A stretch of DNA of 64,000 nucleotides from Octopus bimaculoides (Eukaryota). Both the position numbers and the translations under genes were made by a program. Positions 24,582-35,958 of this stretch are shown one piece after another (the first letter of the stretch is position 1; every line of letters begins with the position of its first letter). Under the pieces are notes generated by a model. That model searched no databases. It was not told the DNA's origin and was given only the letters and a program-made list of their open reading frames with translations. The DNA lies in the NCBI RefSeq assembly GCF_001194135.2, contig NC_068990.1, positions 73,947,798 through 74,011,797 on the forward strand. The letters run 5' to 3'.

Positions 24582-25744
24582 TGTGCATGTATATATTCAT
24601 ATGTGTGTGTGTGTGTGTGTGTTTGTGTATAGAAATATATACAACTACTCTGAAATGTTAACATCTCACAATCTGTTTGTGCGTATGTATGTATGATAAG
24701 AGTTAAAATATAATACGAAATAAACACTAATATTTGGTTTCAGTAAGTAAATGTCATATATAAATGTTAACTTGTGCATATTTGATACCACTGATATATA
24801 AATAAACCATATTTTATTCATTGCTGTTTTTAACAATACAAAGAACATCTTTTCTTCATTCAACAAATGCAACATACCATAATTACACTTTGAAACATGT
24901 AATTCTTTTAAAATCTGACAAAAATAAGAATAATTTCATTTAAATTGTTTATTTTATCTATCCTCTGTTTTAAACTCTTCTTTAGTTTTATTTATGCATT
25001 AAGTTTCTCCAGAATTCCTTTTATGATGATAAAATGTTCTATGTATGAAAGAAGATGATATTGCATAGACACTTTTCATAGGAGCAGTTGGTTGGAAAAT
25101 GTACATATATTGTTTTTATGTACATTTATTGTATTTTAGTGTTATATTAATCATCCCAAAATTTAATTTCGCAAATTAACATCGATAATAGTTGACGAAA
25201 ATTTCCTTTTTTCTAGAGTGATTTGTCCATTTTTGAGGATCTTGTAAAGAAAATAAAACAAGAGAAAGAGAGAAGAATAAGTGAGAGAGAAATGCTGTAA
25301 AATTTTTGAGAGAAAAGTCAAGGAAAAGAACCAGTAAAGGAAAGAAAGAAAAAAACTGTGTGGGAGAATAAAGGAAAGAGAACATAAGAGAAAGAAAAGG
25401 TTAGTGCATGAAAGAGAAAGAAATACAGTGCAAGTTAACACATACATATTAAATATACAGGAAGACTTCCAACCATGTTTCGTGGTTCACTACCTCAACA
25501 CCTCTTTTATAGGATCCAGTGGCTAAAGATATCATCAGGAGGAACCACGTCTGGTTTTGGCCCCTACTCTTCTACCGTTTTTGACGTGGCAGGGACCCCT
25601 CTTCAGAGATGTCTTCAGCTCTGGTGTTGAGTGCGATTTTTTTTCCTCCTTTATTCTTTGGCCTTTTGTTCTTTGGTTTCTTTGATGCAGCATCAACAAA
25701 TGTCAGTAGGTGAATGACTATCCTGCCAAATTTCCTTTTAAATA

Positions 25745-26134
25745 CTCACTATTAGGCTCCAGCAGCCAGCACTAGCTAACTGTCACATGACACTGTCTAA
25801 GCTTCAACTGACCCATGGAGGGGAAGAACACGTGGTTTTGGTCTGCACCCTCTCTAAACCTACCTTCCAACAGCATCATGTTAGCTTCAGTTCCAGCAGC
25901 CAAAGTTGACTAGCTGTCTGGTGGTACAAGCCTTCGAACCAGCAAGGGGGCATGCAATGAATGAGACTGCTCCCTTGGCTCGCCTGTCAAGCCAGCCTCA
26001 CCTAGCAATGCTATTTCCCAGCCATGTTATGGCTGTCGAGCCATTTTGGGTTTTCTCATTTCAGCCATATTTAGAAGCTGGCTTTGTCGACTGCCGCCTG
26101 TATCCTCCTTATTACGTTTCTCAGCTCTGAGCTC
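25745..26134 (-). mobile_element. HERO-like (RLE-type) LINE 3' end
   Basis: Minus strand SSELRNVIRRIQAAVDKASF*IWLK*ENPKW resembles the recalled HERO C-terminal pattern (..I..AAE.AS.W.WLKR...W), followed by a GC-richer putative 3' UTR. Confidence 0.5.
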
Positions 26135-26549
26135 ACAAATGCAAACCTTTATATCATATGTGTGTTTTGTGTGTGTATTTGGAACTAATACTACACTCCA
26201 TGGGTATTCTGAGTTTCTCACCTTCCATCATTCTCATTCTGTCTCTCACTCTCTCTCAAACACACAAAAACATTCAGTTCTTTTATTCTTTTGAAATCTG
26301 ACAAAAATAAGAATAATTTCCATCATACATAGAACATTTTATCTGCATCAAAGGAATTCTGGAGAAACTTAATGCATCAATAAAACTAAAGAAGAGTTTA
26401 AAACAGAGGTTAGATAAAATAAATATTTTAAATAAAATTATTCTTATTTTTGTCAGATTTAAGGGAAAAAAGCTAGAACAACATTTAGTTGAGCAAATCG
26501 GTACTAATTCTTTGTAAGCTTAGTATTTATTCTATTGGTTTCCTTTGCC

Positions 26550-26660
26550 ATTCATCCTTTTTGGGGTTGATAAATTGAGTACCAGTTAAGCACTGGAGTC
26601 AGTTTAATCCACTTAATTCTGACCCCAAAATTGCTGGCCTTGTGCCAACATTTGAAACCG
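26550..26660 (+). mobile_element. Deu/Nin-domain-like SINE fragment
   Basis: ttcatccttttt ggggttgataaattgagtaccag core. Confidence 0.6.
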
Positions 26661-26743
26661 ATATAATTGACTGCAACCTTCCCTTAAATTTGGGGGCTTG
26701 TGTCTATGTTAGGAATCGATATTCTTTGAAGGTAACTTTAAAT

Positions 26744-26882
26744 GAGTGGCTGTGTGGTAAGTAGCTTGCTTACCAACCACATGGTCCCAGGTTCAGTCCC
26801 ACTGCGTGGCACCTATAGCCTCGGGCCAACCAAAGCCTTGTGAGTGGATTTGGTAGATGGAAACTGAAAGAAGCCCGTCGTA

Positions 26883-26919
<37 letters not shown>

Positions 26920-27127
26920 GTGTTTGTGTGTATGTGTTTGTCCCTCCACCATCGCTTGACAACCGATGCTGGTGTGTTTACGTCTCCGTAACTTAGTTGT
27001 TCGGCAAAAAGAGACCGATAGAATAAGTACTAGGCTTACAAAGAATAAGTCCTGGGGTCGATTTTCTCGACTAAAGGCGATGCTCCAGCATGGCCACAGT
27101 CAAATGACTGAAACAAGTAAAAGAGTA
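26744..27127 (+). mobile_element. Near-full SINE family B
   Basis: A-box tggctgtgtggtaag, B-box ggttcagtccc, internal (TA)n(TG)n and a gtaaaagagta tail. Confidence 0.85.
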
Positions 27128-27466
27128 TTCTGCAGTTGATAAAATGAAGTACCTGTTAAATACTGAGGTCCAATGTAATAAAGAATAGTCTTCTCTTTCA
27201 TACCTGAGGCCTTTTGCCTCATTAAAAATTGGAAAAAAATGTTAATTCTTGATACTATACTGCTGCTCTTGTTTACACTTGATCTTTTAATATATTTTTA
27301 ATATATTCTAAACATTAAATAAGACTACATGTACTAAAATAGCAGTTATATAGCAGGTGACATCACACAATAATTTGATATCTATTAATTCTCTTATTCT
27401 GCGCTAACATTTATATACAGGTATATCAGTTTATATAATTAGAGATTTCGTTACTAAATAATTCAG

Positions 27467-27541
27467 GAAGTTATTGTAAATGTACACTTCCAAAGACTGA
27501 ACTGCAGCAGTCAAAAGACATGTTAGGTGTCTCCTGTTCTT
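27467..27541 (+). CDS. Weak candidate 75-nt symmetric exon
   Basis: ttcag|GAAG...TCTT|gtaagt; one open frame (SYCKCTLPKTELQQSKDMLGVSCS). The polypyrimidine tract is weak. Confidence 0.2.
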
Positions 27542-28224
27542 GTAAGTGCACTGCACTTTGAAACAAATCAAAAAATTAAAACAAAACAAAAAAAGGTTAA
27601 AAAATGTAGAAATGATATCAGACATCTTTTAATATAATTTTTCTTCCACCATTTATCTGATTATATTTTGGAACATTTATTTCAAGATATCATGAAGCAT
27701 ATCTGAAAATACTTCAATAAGAGAACAAGAATGAAAATTAAACCAAATAATAATAATAAAAAAAAAATGATGGGAAATATTAAAAAGTAAGGACAAAAAT
27801 AATGGATAGAAAGTAAGAAGGAACTATAGGGCAAACAAATGTCCTTAATGCCAATAAAAACTGTCTAAAAAAAAATGTAGTGGAACTGGAACAATGGCCA
27901 GGTCAGAGATGTACAACGGAAATCTTTGACACTTTATTCTATATCATCATAAAATAAAACAAAAGAAAAAGTAAAAGTCTTTGGTAGCTTCTAAAAGAAT
28001 TCTTTCATGATGTAATTATTATTTGTACAAATATTGGTCCAAATATTTGTATGTGTATGCATATATATATATGTGTATGTATATATATGCACAAAAGTAC
28101 ACACACATATATGTATGTATGAATGTGGATTTCATCTTGACTCAATACATACATACAAACATACATATATTTATATGTGTGTGTGTGTGTGCGTGCGTGT
28201 GTGTGTGTGTATGCATGTGTGTGT

Positions 28225-28590
28225 GTAGGTACAGGTGTGCCTGTGTGGCAAGAAGCTTCCTTCCCAACCACATGGTTCCAAGTTCAGTCCCACTGTGTGG
28301 CACTTTGGACAAGCATATTCTACAATATCCTCAGGCTGACTAAAGCCTTGTGAGTGGATTTGGTAGACAGAAGCTGAAAGAAGCCCATCGTATATGCGTG
28401 TATATATATCTATGTGTCTGTGTTTGTTTCCCCCATCACAGTTTGATAACTGGTGTTGGTGTGTTTACATCTCCAAAACTTCATGGTTCAGCAAAAGAGA
28501 CCAATAGAATAAGTACTAGGTCAAATTGTTCGACTAAATCCCTTCAAGGTGGTGCTCCAGCAAAGCCACAGTCAAACGACTGAACTGACT
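28225..28590 (+). mobile_element. SINE family B
   Basis: Collinear with the 26744 copy. Confidence 0.8.
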
Positions 28591-29402
28591 AGCAAAATAC
28601 ACACACACACACAGATATATATATATATATAAATTATAAATAAAGGTATCTAAGAGATACCAACATGCTTGAAATAGCAGTCAAAACTTGACTCTAAAAA
28701 CACATCAAGTATTCAATACAGCACAAGGTGAAAAGATAAATAGAGAAATAAAGCTAGCAAAAATTGGATGTGTGTATGTGTGTGTATATATATGTGTGTG
28801 CGTGTCTTTGTTAGTCATTGAATCACCAACCACTTGACAACTGGTGTTAGTTTTTCTACATCTTTGTAACCTAGTAGTTTGACAAAAGGGTTTGATATAT
28901 TAAGTACCAGAATTTTAAAAACAAATAAGTTGTGTGTCAATGTCGAACTGTGATAACACAATAAATTGCAGTAGCATTAAATAAAAATATTTATACAGGT
29001 TTTTCCTTTCCTAAAGTGTTTATTTATATAGGGTTGGATTGATTGGATAGTCTATGTTCAGTCCACAGCAGGACTAAGGTCTCAGCATGTTCTCTCCACC
29101 AACCATGGTCTCATTTGTATGCTGAGAATTTGAGCTTTGGATCATACTGGTTTGATAAGCCTACTTTGCCACACTTGCTCAACATAGCTTGGCAGAGGGG
29201 TGCAGTTTGTTTTTTATTATACTCATAACCAGGAGATCTTATGTCAATCATACATACATATATACATACATACATAAATTACACCTTATTTTTAAACATT
29301 TGAGAAAGTATAAAAAATGAGAACAGGAACTTTCATAAAACATTAACTATATGACAATCACCAGTCATTTTAGAAAGGAGACATTGAATAATCTAGTCTA
29401 GA

Positions 29403-29622
29403 CCTTTTAGCATTTAAACTGGCTATATCTGGCCCAAATCTTCTATCTGTTTTATGTTCAAACTGGCCATATCTGGCGTCTGACACGTACTCTACAATGT
29501 CATTCTAAAAATAAACAATCACATCATTGAAACCTTCAGGCTATGAGATAATGGATGATTAATTCAAAACAATGTAAATAAATAACCATTATCCTTGACA
29601 GATTAATTTGAATACTAAAGGG
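29403..29622 (+). mobile_element. piggyBac-like MITE copy
   Basis: ccttttagcattt ... aatactaaaggg|ttaa. Confidence 0.75.
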
Positions 29623-30085
29623 TTAAATGCAATGTTTGAATTAAAGAGATGACCATGGTTGAAATGCCTCCCGCCCTATCTCAGATTGACCTGAATTGAA
29701 ATAAGCATGTGGCTAAACAACTACATTGGACTGCAAACCTACATGTGGTTTGCCTGCGAACCCACTTGTAGCTTGCCTGTTATCTTATCAGCATGGCCAT
29801 CTACAGGTCTATGTAGAGATGACAGAAATATCTTATTTACATTTGTATTTTAAAGCATTTATAGAAAAAAGTTTTATCCAAAGGGTTTACTCAATTCCTT
29901 CTTTTTTCTATTTTAGTACATATAAATTTTGAAAACTTTAAAAATCTTATTCAGAAGCATTTCAAAAACATATAGATAATAGCTAAATCACAACTACATT
30001 CTTTATTCAGAGAAGTTCTTATAAATTTAATATATTTTTTCAATAATTTCTTCTTTTTTTTTTATTTCATCTTGTTTTTTTTTAG

Positions 30086-30109
30086 AAAAGAAGTGTACAA
30101 GCTGAAAAT
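30086..30109 (+). CDS. Candidate 24-nt microexon
   Basis: Long T-tract ...cttgtttttttttag|AAAAGAAGTGTACAAGCTGAAAAT|gtgagt. Length is a multiple of 3 and two frames are open (KRSVQAEN or KEVYKLK). Confidence 0.5.
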
Positions 30110-31026
30110 GTGAGTGGCCTGGTATTAATTCATGAAAGTGAGATTTTGTTTTCTTTTTCTCATTCTTTTTTCACTTTTTTATTTTTGCATCTGTTTACTT
30201 CAGTATTGAAAATTTACATAATCATTCTTATAAAAAAGAAACAAATAAAGAATACATAAAGACAAAAATAAAGGCATTTATAAAACAAAAAAAAATTATA
30301 TTTATCTCAGTTGACATTTTAAAATGGTAATAGGAAAAAAAAACATACATTCCAGTTGTAAACATTCGAGTTCATGCTTTTTAATTTCTTGGAGCTGTTT
30401 ATTTCAACAGCTCAAATCATTTCTAAAACGAGTGTTCAGTTGAAAAGAAACCTTGTAAAGATATTCATTCTAGACTAAACTGTATTCCTACATATTAATC
30501 TTTCCAATAAATGCTTTTTTAAAAATTTTTTTACATGATATTTACTTTTTCAAATAAATGGCACATTTTGTAAATAAGACAACCAAATAAATAAATCTGA
30601 TATATATTTTTGTTCTCTAGATTGTTTTCCCATTTACACATGGAGCGTCTTTCATATTTCTCAATGCTGTAAATATATTCAGAAAGGATGTAATGTACGA
30701 ATCTAGGACAGCATGCTTGCTTACAGATTAATTTAAATATTGATTTCTTATAATGGCACAAGTCTACAAAGTGAAAATGACAGTTTGAATTCCAATATTG
30801 TGCAACTACTACTTGTTTTACTGACCCTGCATAGAAGAAATGCATTGACATCTGTAGCAGGAATTGAAATTAGAATAAATATATAAAGAATGCTGTATAT
30901 TTCCTTAAATAATTAAAAACTGCCAGTTACATGGCATGTATGGATTTTATGTGGACTCATCCATTTTTTCTTATATATATTGTGCTTAAAATAAACAGGC
31001 AAACGCAGTTGATTCCATCACTACAG

Positions 31027-31088
31027 GATCACAGTTGATGTTGTTACTCCTTCTCATACGTTCTGCTGTTGGTTGAGCTTCTGCTACG
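31027..31088 (+). CDS. Weak candidate 62-nt exon
   Basis: ctacag|GATC...TACG|gtgaga; single open frame ITVDVVTPSHTFCCWLSFCY, phase-compatible with the KEVYKLK reading of the microexon. Confidence 0.25.
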
Positions 31089-31589
31089 GTGAGACAGAAA
31101 TTCACAGTTTACAGCTATTTGATCCTGGTTCCTATACCGATGCATATGAAATAAGCAAACTACAAAACTTGACAGAATATAACACGATAGAATTAAATGC
31201 TGGAGTGGCGTGTGTGTGTGTGTGTGTGGGGGGGTATTTGATTTGATGATTCACCATTCATGCCACAATTGATCCCTGACACAACTGAGCCATGCTACTA
31301 CAGTGCTATATCTCTATTGAGCTCTATCAAAGTAGATTCCTGGTATTACAGAGCTCTACACTACTACAAACCTATAGTACCACATCACCCTGCAACCTCA
31401 GCCCTGGCACTGCTAAGGCATACTGTAGTATTCTACCTCAACTGAGAGACATGTTTCTTACAGCCATTCTACCACAGTACTCTGAAACTTTATACTCCTA
31501 CTGCAATATATCTCTGCCACTATACAGTAAGCCATGCTGCTAGAGATGCTTTTTATTACAAATACATCCCACTTTCTAGCCTTGAGTGA

Positions 31590-31732
31590 ACCACATGGCT
31601 CGGTTGTTAGAGCATCAGGCTCACAATCATGAGGTATTGAGTTCAATTCCCAGACCGAGCTGTGTGTTGCGTTCATAAGCAAGACACTTTATTTCATGTT
31701 GCTCCAGTTCACTCAGCTGTGGAAACGAGCTG
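31590..31732 (+). mobile_element. SINE family C-like head
   Basis: catggctcggttgttagagcatcagg...gagttcaattcccagacc...gttgctccagttcactcagctg. Confidence 0.65.
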
Positions 31733-31734
31733 TG

Positions 31735-32130
31735 ACATCACAAGAGTTCAGGCTCAATTCAGATGGCTATGTGAAACTGCTGGAGGTTGTGATCAAATAC
31801 TGGCTGGAGAGGGTTGCTGCAGGATTCGGTTCTTTGTCATACTTCCAAAAAGAGTCAGAAGTGGTTGTCTGAAAATATTTTCGACTTCAACAGCCTCAAC
31901 TTCTGGCCTCCCAACTCTTTCGATTGTAACCCTATGGATCAGGAGGTGAGAGTCATGGTTTAGAAAGACACCAACCTCTCTTCCTGCAAGTCAATGCAGA
32001 ACTGATCAAGAAGGTGTTTGGAAAACTTAAACAGTGGGAAAGACATACGTCAGGTTCCAGATACATCTTGAGATCATGGTGGAAGCTGAGGGCTGCTACT
32101 TTGAGTTAACTCTTATCCCTCAGCCACAAT
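31735..32130 (+). mobile_element. Tc1/mariner transposase relic (catalytic-domain C-terminal half)
   Basis: RLNSDGYVKLLEVVIKYWLERVAAG..DSVLCHTSKKSQKWLSENIFDFNSLNFWPPNSFDCNPMD..EAEGCYFE*. WPPNS.D.NP.D is the mariner/Tc1 third-acidic-residue motif. Confidence 0.8.
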
Positions 32131-32239
32131 CTAGTTGAAATATTTTTTTTAATACTTTTATTTTTCGATGGGATATTGTGTTTTCTTTTCTTTTTATGTA
32201 AAATGTAAAATTTAGCCTAAACACTGTAAGTATGCACTT

Positions 32240-33212
32240 CTTCTATTTTTTGATTATTGTAAATCTTCCACTGAGGAGGGAGCCCGTTTCCAACAAAGAT
32301 GCAAGGCACCGTCTTTGGGATGTAATTAACACAGACAAATTCACATTTGGAACTTGCTTATTTTTACTGTTCCACTCACAGACTGCATTTGTAATGTACG
32401 AATTAGCTGGTCGATTTCTCTTTCTGAAAATCCCAGTTTATCCAGATTCTCCTTTAAGCATTTACTAACAAAACCTAGTGCTCCAATTATTATTGGTATG
32501 AATATGAATTCATAGTCTGAGTATAGAAGCTGGAGGTTTCAAAGCAGTTGTCCATAGATATCCTCTTTTTCTTTTATTTTCAAATGGATATTCATATTTG
32601 CAGGGCAGCTGACCTTTATGATGGTACATACCTTTGCCCCTCTGGCCCAAACAACAACATCCAGCCTGTTATGTTTACACTTGATAGAAGTTTTGATGGA
32701 AATATTCTACCAGTATTCCTTGGGTTGGTGTTTATGAATATATTCCATAACAGAGGGATTTTCTAAGCTTATTTCTGAACAGTCTTCTTTGCGGATGGCA
32801 TTGTAAATTGTTTTAGCAACAACATCGTACCACAAACGGAGGTAGTACTGTGAAATCATTTTATGACAGCTTCTAATCACTTGCGTGATATCTTCCACAG
32901 AAACATGACATAGCCTGTACATGGAGTTGCACCTTAAGATTACAAGAGCGTCATTGTCTCTCTTGTTCACACAGGTACTTTGTGGCAATCTCCTGTTTCT
33001 CGAAGTGTGATGCGATGTTGTGTTCTTGTATCCAAGAGAGGTTGCGCTTTGTGTCAATTCTACTGTTTTCTTCAAGCTTCGGGGCAACATACCCATGCAT
33101 AATCTTTTTTTCATATGCTGAGTGCTTTCCATCCAGGTCTTCTCTGAGATAAGACAGCCCAGCTGTTTTGGGGCTGTATAAGAGATCAGGAAGAGAGTGC
33201 TTCTTGAGGAGC
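32240..33212 (-). mobile_element. RLE-type (R4/Dong-like) LINE 3' portion, family Y
   Basis: Minus-strand, frameshifted translation shows a CCHC-like knuckle (YRLCHVSVEDITQVIRSC), YDVVAKTIYN and an RLE tail (EKEDIYGQLL*NLQLLYSDYEFIFIPIIIGALGFV). Confidence 0.8.
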
Positions 33213-34115
33213 TATGTATGTATGTATGTATGTGTGCATGTATGTATTTATATATGTATGTGCGTGTGTGTGCTGTAAGTGTATGTATGTATGTATGTAT
33301 ATATACTTCACTCAGAATACAAACAATATTTTGGCTGTGGACTGCGATTAAGTGAAAAGTTATGTTTTTATTTTTGTTATTTTCTTCCCAGCAGGTGGTC
33401 GCAATTTGTTTTTATATCTACATAACAAAATAGTTTCGTTTTGATTTGTTTGTTTTCGTCCATTTCACATTATGTATATTTTTTTACGCGGAAATATTGG
33501 TTTAAATATATTTTATATAATTAAAGTTTATATTTAATAGATATAGATCTACATTAATTTATCTCCATGTCATAGACGATTGATGTCTGATAGTTAAAGG
33601 GATATGTGATTCTATTGGTTTACATTTAGTTCGTTTTAATTACGTCTTTTTTTAAATGTTTTAAGTACGTTAGTGGGTGTTTTTGTCAATTTTACATTAT
33701 TTATATGATTTTTTAAGTGAAACTATTCATTTAAATATATCTCATATAATTAAGGTTCATGTTTGATAGATATTAGTCTTAATTGGCTTATTTGCATGTT
33801 GTTTTAAGATTATTGAAGCCTGATAGTTACAATTACATGTTATTCCGTTAGTTTATACTGTGTGCGTTTTAATTATATTTCGGTTTTTGAAATGTTAATT
33901 TATGTTCTTTAATTATTCTATACGTTTACATTTCTAGGTTGACTATTCTTGAAAGTTATTATTATTTTCTGTTTTACGTATTAGCAATGTGTTTTTGTTT
34001 ATGTTCAATAACGTTTTATGTTTAGTTTACCAATTCGTTTTAATGGTCTGTTTTTAAGTTCTATAATTCTTAAGGTGGCAATATTCATTTTGGGAATATT
34101 TCTCTGTTTTCTACA

Positions 34116-34529
34116 TGTAGTTGTATAACCCACTTTCTACTATACTGGTGACCCCCGACGTGATTCGATCACGCAGCCCGCTGAGCTGCAATAACCCACT
34201 TTCAACTAAAGTGGTGACCCCCGACGAAGAAAAAACGGAACGCTGAACTCCAGGCTATCAACTTAAACAACATTTATTGAGGTGGTAATGATATATACAT
34301 CTTTAGTTCTTGTTGTTACAGCTCTGTGTGTATGAGCATAGTTGTTGGGACGTTGTTCTATAGATGTGAGCGAGCTGTCGAGCGTAGTCCGAAAGATGTA
34401 GAGAGACAGCTTAAACACAGGTCCATGCTCAATCGCTGGCCAGCAAGAAAGAGAATGAATTGAGCGGGAACGCTTGCTTGTTTAATTCTACGCATGCGTG
34501 AGACTACGCATGCGCACGGCGTTACTACA
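34116..34529 (-). mobile_element. Solo LTR (Gypsy-like, tRNA-Trp associated)
   Basis: Bounded by TGTAGT...ACTACA, with minus-strand AATAAA at 34273-34278 and tRNA-Trp 3'-end sequences in the inferred U5. No target-site duplication found. Confidence 0.7.
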
Positions 34530-35439
34530 TAGTTTTTAAATTGTGTGCTTTTTAACTATAGATATGTAATGATTAATATGTGACATTTAATGATTGTTTC
34601 GTAACAATAAGCAAATGTAACGGATAAATTGCATTCCTGCTTCTTGTCTGTCAAGTTTCAGGCAGCGTTTATAACTTCAAGGTTGTTCACAACAGCCGAA
34701 TTAAATGATTCTGCACAGGAATCGAAACCATGAGGTTATTCATTAGGCAGCTGACGATGAATGTATAAATCTGCTAGGTCTACAGGAAATAACAGACAAG
34801 TCTCTCAACTCACACCCTATTGCATTAAAAAAAAGATGGATAAATTGAACAATGTAATCCTTAAATACATGTCCAAAGGGAGAATGATCGTGGAATCTAA
34901 GTTTATGGGGAAAGGAGAGACAAAGAGGGCAAAAGAAAACAGGCAAGATAAGGTGTCTTAGAAGTGAAGCAATAAAACCAGAACTTTGGCATTGAATAGA
35001 TAGTAAAAGATGTACAAAATAAAACAAGAACTAAAAACTACACAATTAGGGTTGACAGCCAAGATAAGTAAATTTTGGTAACATTCAGAACAAAGGCAGT
35101 GAATATTACCATGCATAAAACTGCTGCGTGAAAAAAGTATACAAATGTAAATGAATGAAAAAAAACGAGCAAAAAAATGTAAATAAAATAAATGATAAAA
35201 CAATGGAATATAAAATACAGAACAGTAACATTCAAAAGAAAAGCAGTGGAGATTAACATATAAAACTGTCGCATGAAAGTATAAAAAATAACAAAAAGCA
35301 TGACAAATATAGGAAAACACTGTATCGAATTAAAAAGTTATTTTAAAAAACATGTATATATGTATGAATAAACTATATGCATATAGATACATAAACAACG
35401 GAATGTATGTATCTATGTAAATATGTCATTGTTCAGTTT

Positions 35440-35958
35440 TATTTCAAGATTTCTTGCCAATAGAGAAGGAGCCCGTCTCTAACCTAGATTCAAGGCTCCT
35501 TCAGTGGAATTTCAGCATCAACAACAGTGTATTTTTGCATGTATGTATGTATGTGTGCAGGTTTGTATATATTGCTTTATGTGTGTATTGTCATGCATAT
35601 ATTTGCATATCTAGACATATTCATATATTTAAATGATAAACATCTGGAAAGTTTTTCTGATATTTTACAGTTCCAGTGATGGAATGGATCTGTAGTCTTC
35701 GAAATAGCTTTCTCCTTTCTGATTTTGAGAAGCCTAACTTCTCAAGACTGATGTTTAGGCAGTATGTTACATATCCCAGGGCCTAATAATTACAGGTATA
35801 AACCTGAACTTGTAATCTGGATAGAGTAACTGCAGATTTCTCAATAGTTCAGTGTAGGTGTTTTCTTTTTTACTGATCTTCAGCTTTATGTTAACATTCA
35901 CTGAGCAGCTAATTTCCACAACTGTTCAGAGATTCTCTTCTTTATCCCAAATCATTAT
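35440..35958 (-). mobile_element. Second RLE-type LINE 3' end, family Y
   Basis: IMIWDKEENL*TVVEISCSVNVNIKLKISKK..NTYTELLRNLQLLYPDYKFRFIPVII..LGYV; 3' UTR motif (gggctcc) shared with 32270-32300. Confidence 0.8.

Noticed and set aside
25212-25300. Terminal exon-like ttctag|SDLSIFEDLVKKIKQEKERRISEREML*
   Set aside because: It lies in an A/G low-complexity tract that readily gives K/E/R-rich frames; no supporting upstream exon.
25465-25620. CTGATGA…GAAAC…GTC and CTGAAGA motifs on the minus strand
   Set aside because: Stems I and II do not pair in hammerhead geometry; only an 8-bp cgtggttc/gaaccacg inverted repeat is present.
34146-34184. tRNA-Trp gene
   Set aside because: Only the 3' half is present, with encoded CCA, inside an LTR.
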